Of a DNA stretch of 60,925 nt, positions 19,497 to 27,255 are shown in pieces (position 1 is the first letter of the stretch; each line of letters opens with the position of its first letter). A model generated the notes under the pieces. It did not search any database and was not told where the DNA came from. It saw only the letters and a program-made list of their open reading frames with translations. The position numbers and the translations under genes were made by a program. Source of the stretch: Akkermansia muciniphila (GTDB lineage: Bacteria; Verrucomicrobiota; Verrucomicrobiia; Limisphaerales; UBA9464); the NCBI GenBank assembly GCA_945860685.1, contig CAMASJ010000001.1:1-60925 (forward strand), in the 5' to 3' direction.

Positions 19497-19614
19497 TTCA
19501 ACGAGCTATCCGGCCGCTGGATGGAAGTGCCGTCCCATCGCCGTGGGACGGAAGAGGGACGTGTTCTTTGTGGCTCGCGACATCCATTTCAATCGCAGTT
19601 TTAGGTTGGGTTGG

Positions 19615-20541
19615 CTAACGATGGATCGTTATCGAAGTCTTTGGATTAAGATCGCCCCTTGGATCAGTCAGGTAACCGGCTGGGAAAGAAACGGATAGCG
19701 ATGTACCGTCCACATCCAAGCAAAGTTCGTGATTGTTATCTCCATCCCCCAAATCGCTCAGAGCGAAAGGGGTAACTTCCATTTTGCTGCCATCCTCAAG
19801 GAGGACGGTGACTTTATATTGAACTCGTTCCCTATCAGAAACCTCATTACCATCTCTGGTAATTCCTCCACTCCAAGTTACCCTCAGCACCTGTTTCGTG
19901 CCTTCTGCAGCGCCGCTGCCGCCGCCCCACGGTAGGACAGTCGCCTTCTTGCCAATGTCCCACTGATCTTCGGGAACCACTTCGGCCCAAACAATGGTAG
20001 GGCCTTCTTCCAAGGGTGTGACACCTACGCTCGCGCCCTTGAAGTTCAAGGTTCCGTCTATCGATAAAAGATTGCCAACAATTTCCACTTTCACGGGTTG
20101 GTCATCCCTACTTCCAAAGCTCCCCGCGAACAATACGGTTCTGAGTTCGCCCTTGTCATCTGCCGGAGCCAGGGTCACGGCAATAATCTTCCCAACTTTC
20201 CCTGAAGCTGTTGTCACTCTAAAGTCCCCAACCTGCATCGTCTTATGGTCGATCTCATGGGAAAAAATAATGGGCATACCGTCGGAACCGCTAGCCCCCG
20301 GCCAGATACCCCGATCTGCTGCTTTCGCTAAACCATCATCCAGACCATAGAAGGCTGAAATCAAGCCTGCCTGTCGTCCACGGCTGTCACGACTTGCGGA
20401 AACATTCGTGACCGTTGTGTCCACCTGTGATGCATTGGACAGCACAGGTTCATATTCACGGATCAATCTGAACCGTTCTACAGTACTGCATCCGGCAAAG
20501 ATGAAGCAAAGAAGGGATAATGCAGGATTATAGGTCTTCAT
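19615..20541 (-). CDS. Lipoprotein of unknown function
   Basis: 308 aa. Signal + lipobox MKTYNPALSLLCFIFAGCS. The rest is beta-rich with no motif I recognise. The start overlaps the DJ-1 gene stop (ATGA at 20538-20541). Confidence 0.7.
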   Translation of the reverse strand: MKTYNPALSLLCFIFAGCSTVERFRLIREYEPVLSNASQVDTTVTNVSASRDSRGRQAGLISAFYGLDDGLAKAADRGIWPGASGSDGMPIIFSHEIDHKTMQVGDFRVTTASGKVGKIIAVTLAPADDKGELRTVLFAGSFGSRDDQPVKVEIVGNLLSIDGTLNFKGASVGVTPLEEGPTIVWAEVVPEDQWDIGKKATVLPWGGGSGAAEGTKQVLRVTWSGGITRDGNEVSDRERVQYKVTVLLEDGSKMEVTPFALSDLGDGDNNHELCLDVDGTSLSVSFPAGYLTDPRGDLNPKTSITIHR

Positions 20542-21407
20542 TTCGCCTTTTGCGATACCATTTCCAGGATACGATGAGAAGCTTCTCCGCTGCTATTTTG
20601 GTTTTGCCCCGTCACCAGATTACCATCAACCACAACGTGAGTAGCAAAAAAGTCCAGCCATTCGGTTTTGGATTCAAACATGGCATTCGCCTTACGAAGC
20701 TCTGTTTCAGGATGGCGCGGGGTGAAAAAGATCCCGAAATCTTTCAACTGCTTATTGGTGACGCCCGTCACTTTGCGCCCCTTGACCAATATTGAACCGT
20801 CAACATCCTTCGCGTTCACCAATCCAAGGGCACCATGGCACACTGAGCCGATGACAAGTTTTCTTGCATTGGCTTCCGTCACGAGTTCTGCCAATCTTTT
20901 TGACTGCTCAAAGTCGTAGGCGGCACCCCACCCACCTGAAAGAAAGATCACATCGTATTTTTCTAATTGGATGTCAGCGATAGGAATCGAGCTTTTGAGC
21001 TTATTCATCGCCGCTGTATCTTTTTGAAATCGATAGTCTTCTCCCGCGGCAATCGGCCACTTGAAGGTGATCGGGTCAACGGGAATTTCGCCACCTTTAA
21101 TGGAGGCTAGGTCCACCTCCAGGCCGGCGTCCAAAAATGCATAATATGGAATTGTCATTTCAGACCCAGCCACTCCCGTAGGTTTTGTGGCTTTCTCCGG
21201 ATTGTCTAAATCTTGCAATGTATTGTGACTGGTCGTCACAACAAGTGCTCGTTTTCCTCTCAAATCAAAAGGTGGGATTTCATAGTGGCGGTGGAACCCC
21301 AGCAAGTTTAGGATCTTGGGTGCATTTAAAACGGCCACACCCGCGATCACCGTTAGCGCGATGAATCCATAAATGAATACATTAAGCCTGGTATTTCTTT
21401 GACGCAT
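20538..21407 (-). CDS. DJ-1/PfpI (class I glutamine amidotransferase-like, Hsp31-type) protein with N-terminal membrane anchor
   Basis: YDVIFLSGGWGAAYDF...LVIGSVCHGALGL (nucleophile-elbow Cys-His), VVDGNLVTGQNQNS. The N-terminus NVFIYGFIALTVIAGVAVL looks like a TM helix. Confidence 0.85.
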   Translation of the reverse strand: MRQRNTRLNVFIYGFIALTVIAGVAVLNAPKILNLLGFHRHYEIPPFDLRGKRALVVTTSHNTLQDLDNPEKATKPTGVAGSEMTIPYYAFLDAGLEVDLASIKGGEIPVDPITFKWPIAAGEDYRFQKDTAAMNKLKSSIPIADIQLEKYDVIFLSGGWGAAYDFEQSKRLAELVTEANARKLVIGSVCHGALGLVNAKDVDGSILVKGRKVTGVTNKQLKDFGIFFTPRHPETELRKANAMFESKTEWLDFFATHVVVDGNLVTGQNQNSSGEASHRILEMVSQKAK

Positions 21408-21477
21408 ATGTTATGAGATCTAATTGATTAAATTGAATTTATCTTTGGTGTCTATTCTTGAGGGCGCGCTGTACTCA

Positions 21478-23277
21478 TTAAAGTCCTTTGCGAACCAAAC
21501 GCTTACGGTCTGCTACCCATTGTACAAAACTCCGGATAATCCGAAACACAACATATAGGGTGGCCGCAGATGCTAGAATCACTCCGAGCGCATAGGGCCA
21601 ATATTTGTGGAACGCCTTCGTTGCAACTTTTTTGAAAAGCTGCTTGAAGGCTGAGTCATCTGGGCCGAGCTCAAAAACGCCAACCTCTTTGACATAAGAG
21701 CGGTATTCTGCCTGCATGCTTTCAAACAGCTCGCGGTTCGCCGCTGATACGTCCGTAGTCTCCCCGGGATCGACCGAAAGATTATATAGCCTCCAATCTG
21801 CGTCACCCAACGGTGGCGCCAATCGCGTTATCTTCCATTGACCACGATAGAACGCCGCATTGCCGCTCACCTCGAAACCGAAGCCCTCGTCCTGGGTCCG
21901 GCTACGGTCCGCCTGCCCAGTCAGCATCGGAAAGGCGCTGCGCCCGAAAAAGGTGTCAGGGTCATATGCCACGCCAGCCGCGTCCAAGATGGTCGGCACC
22001 AGATCTGCCACGTGGACAGGCGCATCCAAAATGCCCGATGCCTTGATGCCTGGGCCAGAGATGATCAATGGCACCCGAATGCCGCCCTCGCTGCTGTAAA
22101 ACTTGTAGAGATTGAAGGGCGCTGACGAGACGGACGCCCATTCCGGGCCGATGGACGTCAGGCTGCCCCGCTGGCCGAGATTTTCGAGGGACGTATCAAA
22201 GCCCTCGATCAGTTCGATTCCGCCAACCACCAGCCCAGCGAACCCTTCGAACTTCGTCACCGCCGCTTCAGCGCCGTTGTCGGATGTGAGGATGACGATC
22301 GTGTTCTCCAGCTCGCCTCTGGCGTTCAAGTGCGCGAGCAGGCGGCCGACTTGTTCGTCGGCCGCCGTCATCATCCCGGCATTGACCTGCATCTCGCGGG
22401 CGGCCCGCCTCTGCTCCTCCGGTGTCAGGGCTTCCCATGCGCGATGTGTCGCGGGAGATGGAGCCAGTTTGGTGGTAGGGGGAACCAGCCCGAATTCAAT
22501 GGCCCGCTGTAGCCGGGCCTTGCGCATCACATCCCATCCGGCGTCAAACACGCCGTTGTAGGCGTCGATATATGATGTGGGTACCTGCACCGGAATATGC
22601 AAGGCCTGAAGCGACAGGAACGCAAAGAACGGCTTGTTGCTGTCGCCCGAATCGATGTATTTGATCATCTTGTCGACGAGGCTTCGCGAAGAATAGTAGT
22701 CGTCAGGCAGCGTGATCGGTTGGCCGTCCTCAAACCAGTCGACATTATTGTATCCCGGTAGGTACGGCGTTTTATCGTAATTGCTTCCGCCGGTAGCATC
22801 CATCACATAGGAACGATCAAAGCCAAACCGGTTCGGCAGGTTCGCGCCCGCCTCTCCAATACCCCATTTCCCAGTAACGTAGGTCTGGTAGCCGACTTGG
22901 GAAAGCCGCCTGGCAATCGTCGCTTGATCCGCCTTCCACCGCATCGAGTATCCAGGATACGAGCGCATCTTCTCGGTTACGGTTTCGACCAGAGTGCCCA
23001 TTCCGACTTGATGGTTGTCCATCCCCGTCATTAACATGGCCCGGCTGGGCCCACAAAAGGGTGAGGAGCAGTAGCGGTTAAACTTGACACCTGCTTTCGC
23101 CAAGCGATCTATGGTTGGGGTCCGTGTGTCGCTGCCATAAGCGCCGAGATCCATGAAGCCGACGTCATCGAAGAGCACCAAAAGAATATTTGGCCGCGTG
23201 TCCTTTGCGAACGTTGTCACTAAGGATAACTGGTACGTTGTAAGCAAGGCTACAAGTGCAGTGAATACTCTGGGCAT
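21478..23277 (-). CDS. Cys-type sulfatase (arylsulfatase family) with signal peptide and C-terminal TM helix
   Basis: ATG at 23277 (MPRVFTALVALLTTYQLSLVTTFA). PNILLVLFDDVGFMDLGAYGS and the formylglycine motif CSSPFCGPSRAMLMTG (C-x-P-x-R). Also LTSDNGAE. The C-terminal YWPYALGVILASAATLYVVFRII is hydrophobic. The track ORF adds 88 residues upstream. Confidence 0.9.
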   Translation of the reverse strand: MPRVFTALVALLTTYQLSLVTTFAKDTRPNILLVLFDDVGFMDLGAYGSDTRTPTIDRLAKAGVKFNRYCSSPFCGPSRAMLMTGMDNHQVGMGTLVETVTEKMRSYPGYSMRWKADQATIARRLSQVGYQTYVTGKWGIGEAGANLPNRFGFDRSYVMDATGGSNYDKTPYLPGYNNVDWFEDGQPITLPDDYYSSRSLVDKMIKYIDSGDSNKPFFAFLSLQALHIPVQVPTSYIDAYNGVFDAGWDVMRKARLQRAIEFGLVPPTTKLAPSPATHRAWEALTPEEQRRAAREMQVNAGMMTAADEQVGRLLAHLNARGELENTIVILTSDNGAEAAVTKFEGFAGLVVGGIELIEGFDTSLENLGQRGSLTSIGPEWASVSSAPFNLYKFYSSEGGIRVPLIISGPGIKASGILDAPVHVADLVPTILDAAGVAYDPDTFFGRSAFPMLTGQADRSRTQDEGFGFEVSGNAAFYRGQWKITRLAPPLGDADWRLYNLSVDPGETTDVSAANRELFESMQAEYRSYVKEVGVFELGPDDSAFKQLFKKVATKAFHKYWPYALGVILASAATLYVVFRIIRSFVQWVADRKRLVRKGL

Positions 23278-23343
23278 TTTAGGATCAGGTCGGTATTTGA
23301 AACCCTCACGAATGAAGTATACCTTGACGGGAGTCTTCCTACC

Positions 23344-24375
23344 ATGACAGGCACCGCCAAAATCCGGACAATGACTGCCAACTCGATGGCTTCTGAGATC
23401 GCCCACGAATTGGTTGAGGTGGCGGGCACCCTCGGCGTCGAACGCGCCGCACTGCTTTCTGCGGTTAATTTGGACTCGGCGGCCTTTGACGATCCCAATG
23501 CGCGCATCTCCTTTGCGCAAGCCATCCGACTCTGGTCTCATTTAGCCCGTGACCGCCCTGGCCTTCCCTTGGGGATAATGCTGGGACAACGTTCGATATC
23601 TGGTTTTGGACCTCTCGCTCTTGCCGCGCAAAACACCTCGCGCGGGAGAGAAGCGCTGGAGCTTCTTGAGACCTATCTCGCCAGCATCACGACCGGCGGA
23701 CGTCTTGTTTCTGAACGCGACGGAGCCTTCGTTCGTATCAGCATTCAACACCTGCCGGAAGTAGAGAACCTGGGCCACCCCATCGATTTCGGAATCACTC
23801 TGCTCTGCCGCTTGCTGGTGGGAGACGAATTTCGAGGCAAGGTGGCAGCGGTGGAGTGCAAGCATCGCCCATTCGGCTCAGTGAGCTACTACGAGGAGAT
23901 TTTTGGGACAACGTTCAACTTTGGTGCTACTTCGAACACGTTATGGTTCCACCGGGATCTGCTTGAGGTTCCTCGGCCCAACAGCAACCCACGCATGGTG
24001 CATTACCTGCAGTCCTACCTTCTAGAGCAGGTGGCGCGCCTGCCCGTTCCACCCCTGCCCTTCTCTGTCCACCTCGATCAAGCGGTGAATGAGCTGGCGA
24101 AAGAAGGCTGTTTCCAAACCAACGCTGTGGCCGTGCGGATGGGGCTCAGCCCTCGCAGCCTGCAGCGTCGTGCAGCTGCGGAGGGTCTGCATGTCTCCAT
24201 CATCATCGAAGCTGCTCGCCAAAAGCAGGCCATTGTAGCGCTCTGCAATTCTACCGCCTCCCTCGCGGCGATCGCCGAGCGCCTCGGGTATTCCGACGAA
24301 CGATCCTTCTCTCGAGCATTCCAACGCTGGACTGGATTTACCCCTTCTACTTGGCGCAAGAAGCAGGACTCTTAG
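23344..24375 (+). CDS. AraC family transcriptional regulator (N-terminal effector-binding-like domain + C-terminal double HTH)
   Basis: C-terminal ...AVAVRMGLSPRSLQRRAAAEGLHVS...LAAIAERLGYSDERSFSRAFQRWTGFTPSTWRKK is the AraC/XylS HTH signature. It is divergent from the sulfatase, with a 66-bp gap. Confidence 0.88.
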   Translation: MTGTAKIRTMTANSMASEIAHELVEVAGTLGVERAALLSAVNLDSAAFDDPNARISFAQAIRLWSHLARDRPGLPLGIMLGQRSISGFGPLALAAQNTSRGREALELLETYLASITTGGRLVSERDGAFVRISIQHLPEVENLGHPIDFGITLLCRLLVGDEFRGKVAAVECKHRPFGSVSYYEEIFGTTFNFGATSNTLWFHRDLLEVPRPNSNPRMVHYLQSYLLEQVARLPVPPLPFSVHLDQAVNELAKEGCFQTNAVAVRMGLSPRSLQRRAAAEGLHVSIIIEAARQKQAIVALCNSTASLAAIAERLGYSDERSFSRAFQRWTGFTPSTWRKKQDS

Positions 24376-24526
24376 TTCGACTCCATGACGTGTACAAGCG
24401 TTTACCCTAGACACTGGCTTGGCTGGTGGTGGCGTGGCTTCTTTGACGGTGTCGACGTAGCGGGTCGTGGTAGACCTCTTGCTCTGTGCCGCCCCTTCTG
24501 AGGTGGAAACAGGCGTGCCTCGCAAA

Positions 24527-24576
24527 GGAACCCATAAGGGACACGTCCGTAGGCTACCCGGTCCATATTATTGACA
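24527..24576. repeat. Right copy of the imperfect direct repeat bracketing the low-GC island
   Basis: See 19458..19496. Shared blocks are GGAxCC, AxAAGGGACACG, AGGCTACC, GGT and TTGACA, in the same order and orientation. Confidence 0.4.
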
Positions 24577-25204
24577 ACCAGTGGTTTCAGGGGATCCAAC
24601 GAAGATTCGGAGGCGTCGATGTGCTTCGGCCGTGGGTTTGTCTGCGATCCACTGCGAAGGTGTGTCTCGTTCCAAAGCGCGAGAGGACTCGCGCACTCCA
24701 TGACGCTGGCGCGAGGGGCTCGGGGTTGCACCTCCCGCCAACTCCGCGGCTCCAGGTGCGTCCATGCTCTTTTCGCCGTCTGCCGTGGACCTTGTGCCCG
24801 GCGTTCACCGTTTGCGGTTTGGGCCTCGTGACCTCATCTCCTGCGAATTGGGCATGAACCCCTCGCATAGGAACCTGTCCCTTGTGGCCTGACTGCCCGA
24901 TTCTACCTAACCGGAACCGGGGTCCTCGTTCGATGGCCTTATCACCCGGCCCAACCGTCCGGCACTGTCGACTCGAAAGGGAACCGCATTCCGTCAACCA
25001 ACGGACTTCGTTCCACGGGCAGGAACGTTTCATGCGCTCGACGACTCTGAATTGCAGAATTGCAGTATTACGTAAGCGCCTCACCAACTTGCATTTGCGC
25101 AAGACGCCGAAGGCTGAAAACGCTTTCCCGACCGTTTCGGAATTCCGGAAGGGATTCGATGGGAACGGCCAGTTGCCTTTCCCAATCCCAGCAAGGTTCA
25201 ACCC

Positions 25205-25595
25205 ATGGCAGAACCAGACAAAGCTCGACGCCCACGGATGCGGAGCTGGGAGGCGGATGCGGATATCGCCGCCCTTCTCGAGCTTGCCCAGAAGACCACT
25301 GGTGCCTCTTTGAAGGACATCGTGAACGCAGCGGTACGGATCCACGCCCCCCCTGATCATCCGTCGACTTCTCGAGGAGCGGAAGCAGGCGGAGTCCGAA
25401 TTGATCAGCCTCCTCGATCGGCAGTTTGCCGCGGAGCCGAAGCCTTCGCCGGCTCCGACACCATCTCCGGCCCAGGCTTCCAAATCCACTGGACCCGTTT
25501 CGGAAACCGCCCACGGCGACGCGAAACCGGTCAATGATCCCACCGGCAAGAAGTCGACGACCGGTTCGACCCGATATCGTCCGCAGCGGTCGTAG
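25205..25595 (+). pseudogene. Ribbon-helix-helix-like small DNA-binding protein gene, reading frame broken at a C7 tract
   Basis: The frame from ATG 25205 gives MAEPDKARRPRMRSWEADADIAALLELAQKTTGASLKDIVNAAVRIHAPP, a strand-helix-helix pattern, and then turns into Arg/Gly junk. After the C7 run (25347-25353) the +1 frame reads LIIRRLLEERKQAESELISLLDRQFAAEPKPSPAPTPSPAQ... through to TAG at 25593-25595. Removing one C joins the two halves into a ~128-aa protein. Confidence 0.45.
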
Positions 25596-25623
25596 AATTC
25601 CGAGTCGAATCCGCCTCCGGAAA

Positions 25624-27216
25624 TCAACGGATCCCGGCCAATTCCTGGAGAAGGAGCCAATTCTGAAGGCGTTCCTCGCGGGTCGCCAGCATCGTCGGGC
25701 TCGGTGTGCCGTCGCTTTCGAAATGTTTGGCGAATCGACCCTCGCTGCGGGCGAAGGTGATGAAGTCGTAGGCCTCACCGGACTTCGGATCGACGTAGTA
25801 GTCGTCGTTCTGTGCGGGGTTACCTTGGAGGCTTAGCCGCTCGCTGATCTTGGAACCCTTACGCGGATCGTAAAGCAGCGCCGGGAAAGTACGTGTGTCG
25901 ACGGCGAGTTTCGACTGGTGCATCGCCATGTTGTCACCGACGCCGTGCTCCGGTTGGCAGGTGATGTACACCGAGACAATGGCCGGGCCGTCGTACTCGT
26001 TGGCGGCGATGATCGACTTGTAGAAGTGGTTGGTCATCGCACAACTGGTCTGCGCCACCAGGGTGTCGGGGTGCATCATGGCGATCTGGGCGACCTCCTT
26101 CCGACGCTCGACCTTGCCAGGGATCACTTTGCCGTGGGCGGAGAACTTCGTGTTCTGGCCGGTGAATGTCGCGGTGGAGGATTGCCCGCCGGTATTCGAA
26201 TAGACTTGGGTGTCCAGCAACAGGATCTTGATGTTCATGCCCGAGGCCAGCATGCGGCTCAGGGCGTTGAAGCCGATGTCGAGCATCGCCCCGTCGCCGC
26301 CGATGACCCAGAGCTTCTTGTCCTTCCAGCCCATCTGGTCCCAGCGCAAGCGGACGCCCATGGCGTAGGTCGGTCCGTTCTCGAAGAGGAAGTTCGACCA
26401 CGGCAGGAGGTACGGGTTGTAAGGATAGGTGGAGGCGTAGACCGTCGAAAAGCCGGTGGAATTGATCAGGCCGATGTTCTCGCGTCCGTACACGAATCCG
26501 GTGGCGGCCAGCATCATGCGCAAGGCCGTTCCCTCGCCACATCCCATGCAGGAGCCGGCGCCTCCGGCATACAGCAGGGACCTCTCGGCCAGCATCATGT
26601 CGGTGAGCAGCTTCTCATTGATGTACTGCTTCGGGGTCTCGGGAAGCTTGCGGTAGAAGTCGAAGGTCTTCTGGAACCGCGGCAGCACCCCCTTCTCCTT
26701 CTTCAACATCGAAAGCGCGCCGTGGTCGCCGCAGGCCTCGACGCAATCCGCACAACCCTTGCACTTGGTGGGATCGATGAAGATCCCGAAGTAGCCCGGC
26801 TCCTGGCCCTTCTTCTCGTAGATGTTCCAGAACTTCGTGGTCTTCCCGAACTGCCGCCGGTAGTGCTCGCGCTCGCTCGGATCGGAAACCTGCCCGAGTT
26901 CCGTCTCCAGCTTCGCCTTCGGCACGACCTTCCCGAGGATGGCGGTGTCCGGGCACTCGGTCACGCAAGCCATGCAGGCGACGCAGTTCTCCGAATTCAG
27001 CAGAGGAATCTCCGGGGCGATGTAGGAGAAGTCGCGCAGGACGCCGGTGCCGGCCGGTATCCGGGAACGCGCCGTCGATGCGTCGGCAGGAAGCCCCATC
27101 TCGCCTGAGCCGTCGTTGTAGGCTCCCACGATGCGCTCGTTGAAGTCCTGGACATCCAGCACGTCGGGACCGATGGGACCGGTGTTGATCCGCTCGATGG
27201 GATTCTCGGTGGTCAT
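25624..27216 (-). CDS. 2-oxoacid:ferredoxin oxidoreductase, beta subunit (TPP-binding) with N-terminal 2x[4Fe-4S] ferredoxin domain
   Basis: Two Cys clusters, CVACMACVTECP and CKGCADCVEAC. TPP motif GGDGAMLDIGFNALSRMLASGMNIKILLLDTQVYSNTGGQSS. 530 aa. Confidence 0.88.
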   Translation of the reverse strand: MTTENPIERINTGPIGPDVLDVQDFNERIVGAYNDGSGEMGLPADASTARSRIPAGTGVLRDFSYIAPEIPLLNSENCVACMACVTECPDTAILGKVVPKAKLETELGQVSDPSEREHYRRQFGKTTKFWNIYEKKGQEPGYFGIFIDPTKCKGCADCVEACGDHGALSMLKKEKGVLPRFQKTFDFYRKLPETPKQYINEKLLTDMMLAERSLLYAGGAGSCMGCGEGTALRMMLAATGFVYGRENIGLINSTGFSTVYASTYPYNPYLLPWSNFLFENGPTYAMGVRLRWDQMGWKDKKLWVIGGDGAMLDIGFNALSRMLASGMNIKILLLDTQVYSNTGGQSSTATFTGQNTKFSAHGKVIPGKVERRKEVAQIAMMHPDTLVAQTSCAMTNHFYKSIIAANEYDGPAIVSVYITCQPEHGVGDNMAMHQSKLAVDTRTFPALLYDPRKGSKISERLSLQGNPAQNDDYYVDPKSGEAYDFITFARSEGRFAKHFESDGTPSPTMLATREERLQNWLLLQELAGIR

Positions 27217-27255
27217 GGCTGGGGAGTGGGAAAGGGGTGGGATCCAGGGAAGGAG

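Larger units (their letters stand above)
19458..24576. other. Low-GC genomic island (candidate horizontally acquired segment)
   Basis: Four genes with conspicuously AT-richer sequence and codons. Hand counts of the 60-nt lines at 20581 and 21001 give 50% and 48% GC, against 68% for the line at 18001. AT-rich intergenic runs such as TAATTGATTAAATTGAATTTATC occur nowhere else in the window. The segment is bounded by the repeat pair. No integrase or transposase was seen. Confidence 0.5.

Noticed and set aside
24371-24392. tRNA-like T-loop string GTTCGACTCC right after the AraC stop (a possible tRNA or att remnant)
   Set aside because: No 5-bp T-stem flanks it (GGACT versus ACTCC pairs only 4 of 5, with a 9-nt loop). 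No acceptor or anticodon arms can be drawn from the upstream sequence, which is the AraC coding region.
25150-25170. GGATTCGATGGGAA, reminiscent of the tmRNA 5' region (GGAUUCGACGGGA)
   Set aside because: No GGGG acceptor start precedes it. No tRNA-like 3' end with a proper T-arm or CCA lies ~350 nt downstream. The downstream sequence is the RHH-like coding region.
24587-25660. 357-aa minus-strand ORF covering the gene-poor stretch and the RHH gene
   Set aside because: The translation is rich in Arg, Cys, Trp and Gly (…RSRRMIRGGVDPYRCVHDV…GRRRKEHGRTWSRGVGGRC…) and has no domain-like segment. It overlaps the 3' end of the oxidoreductase gene and is antisense to the better-supported RHH frame.
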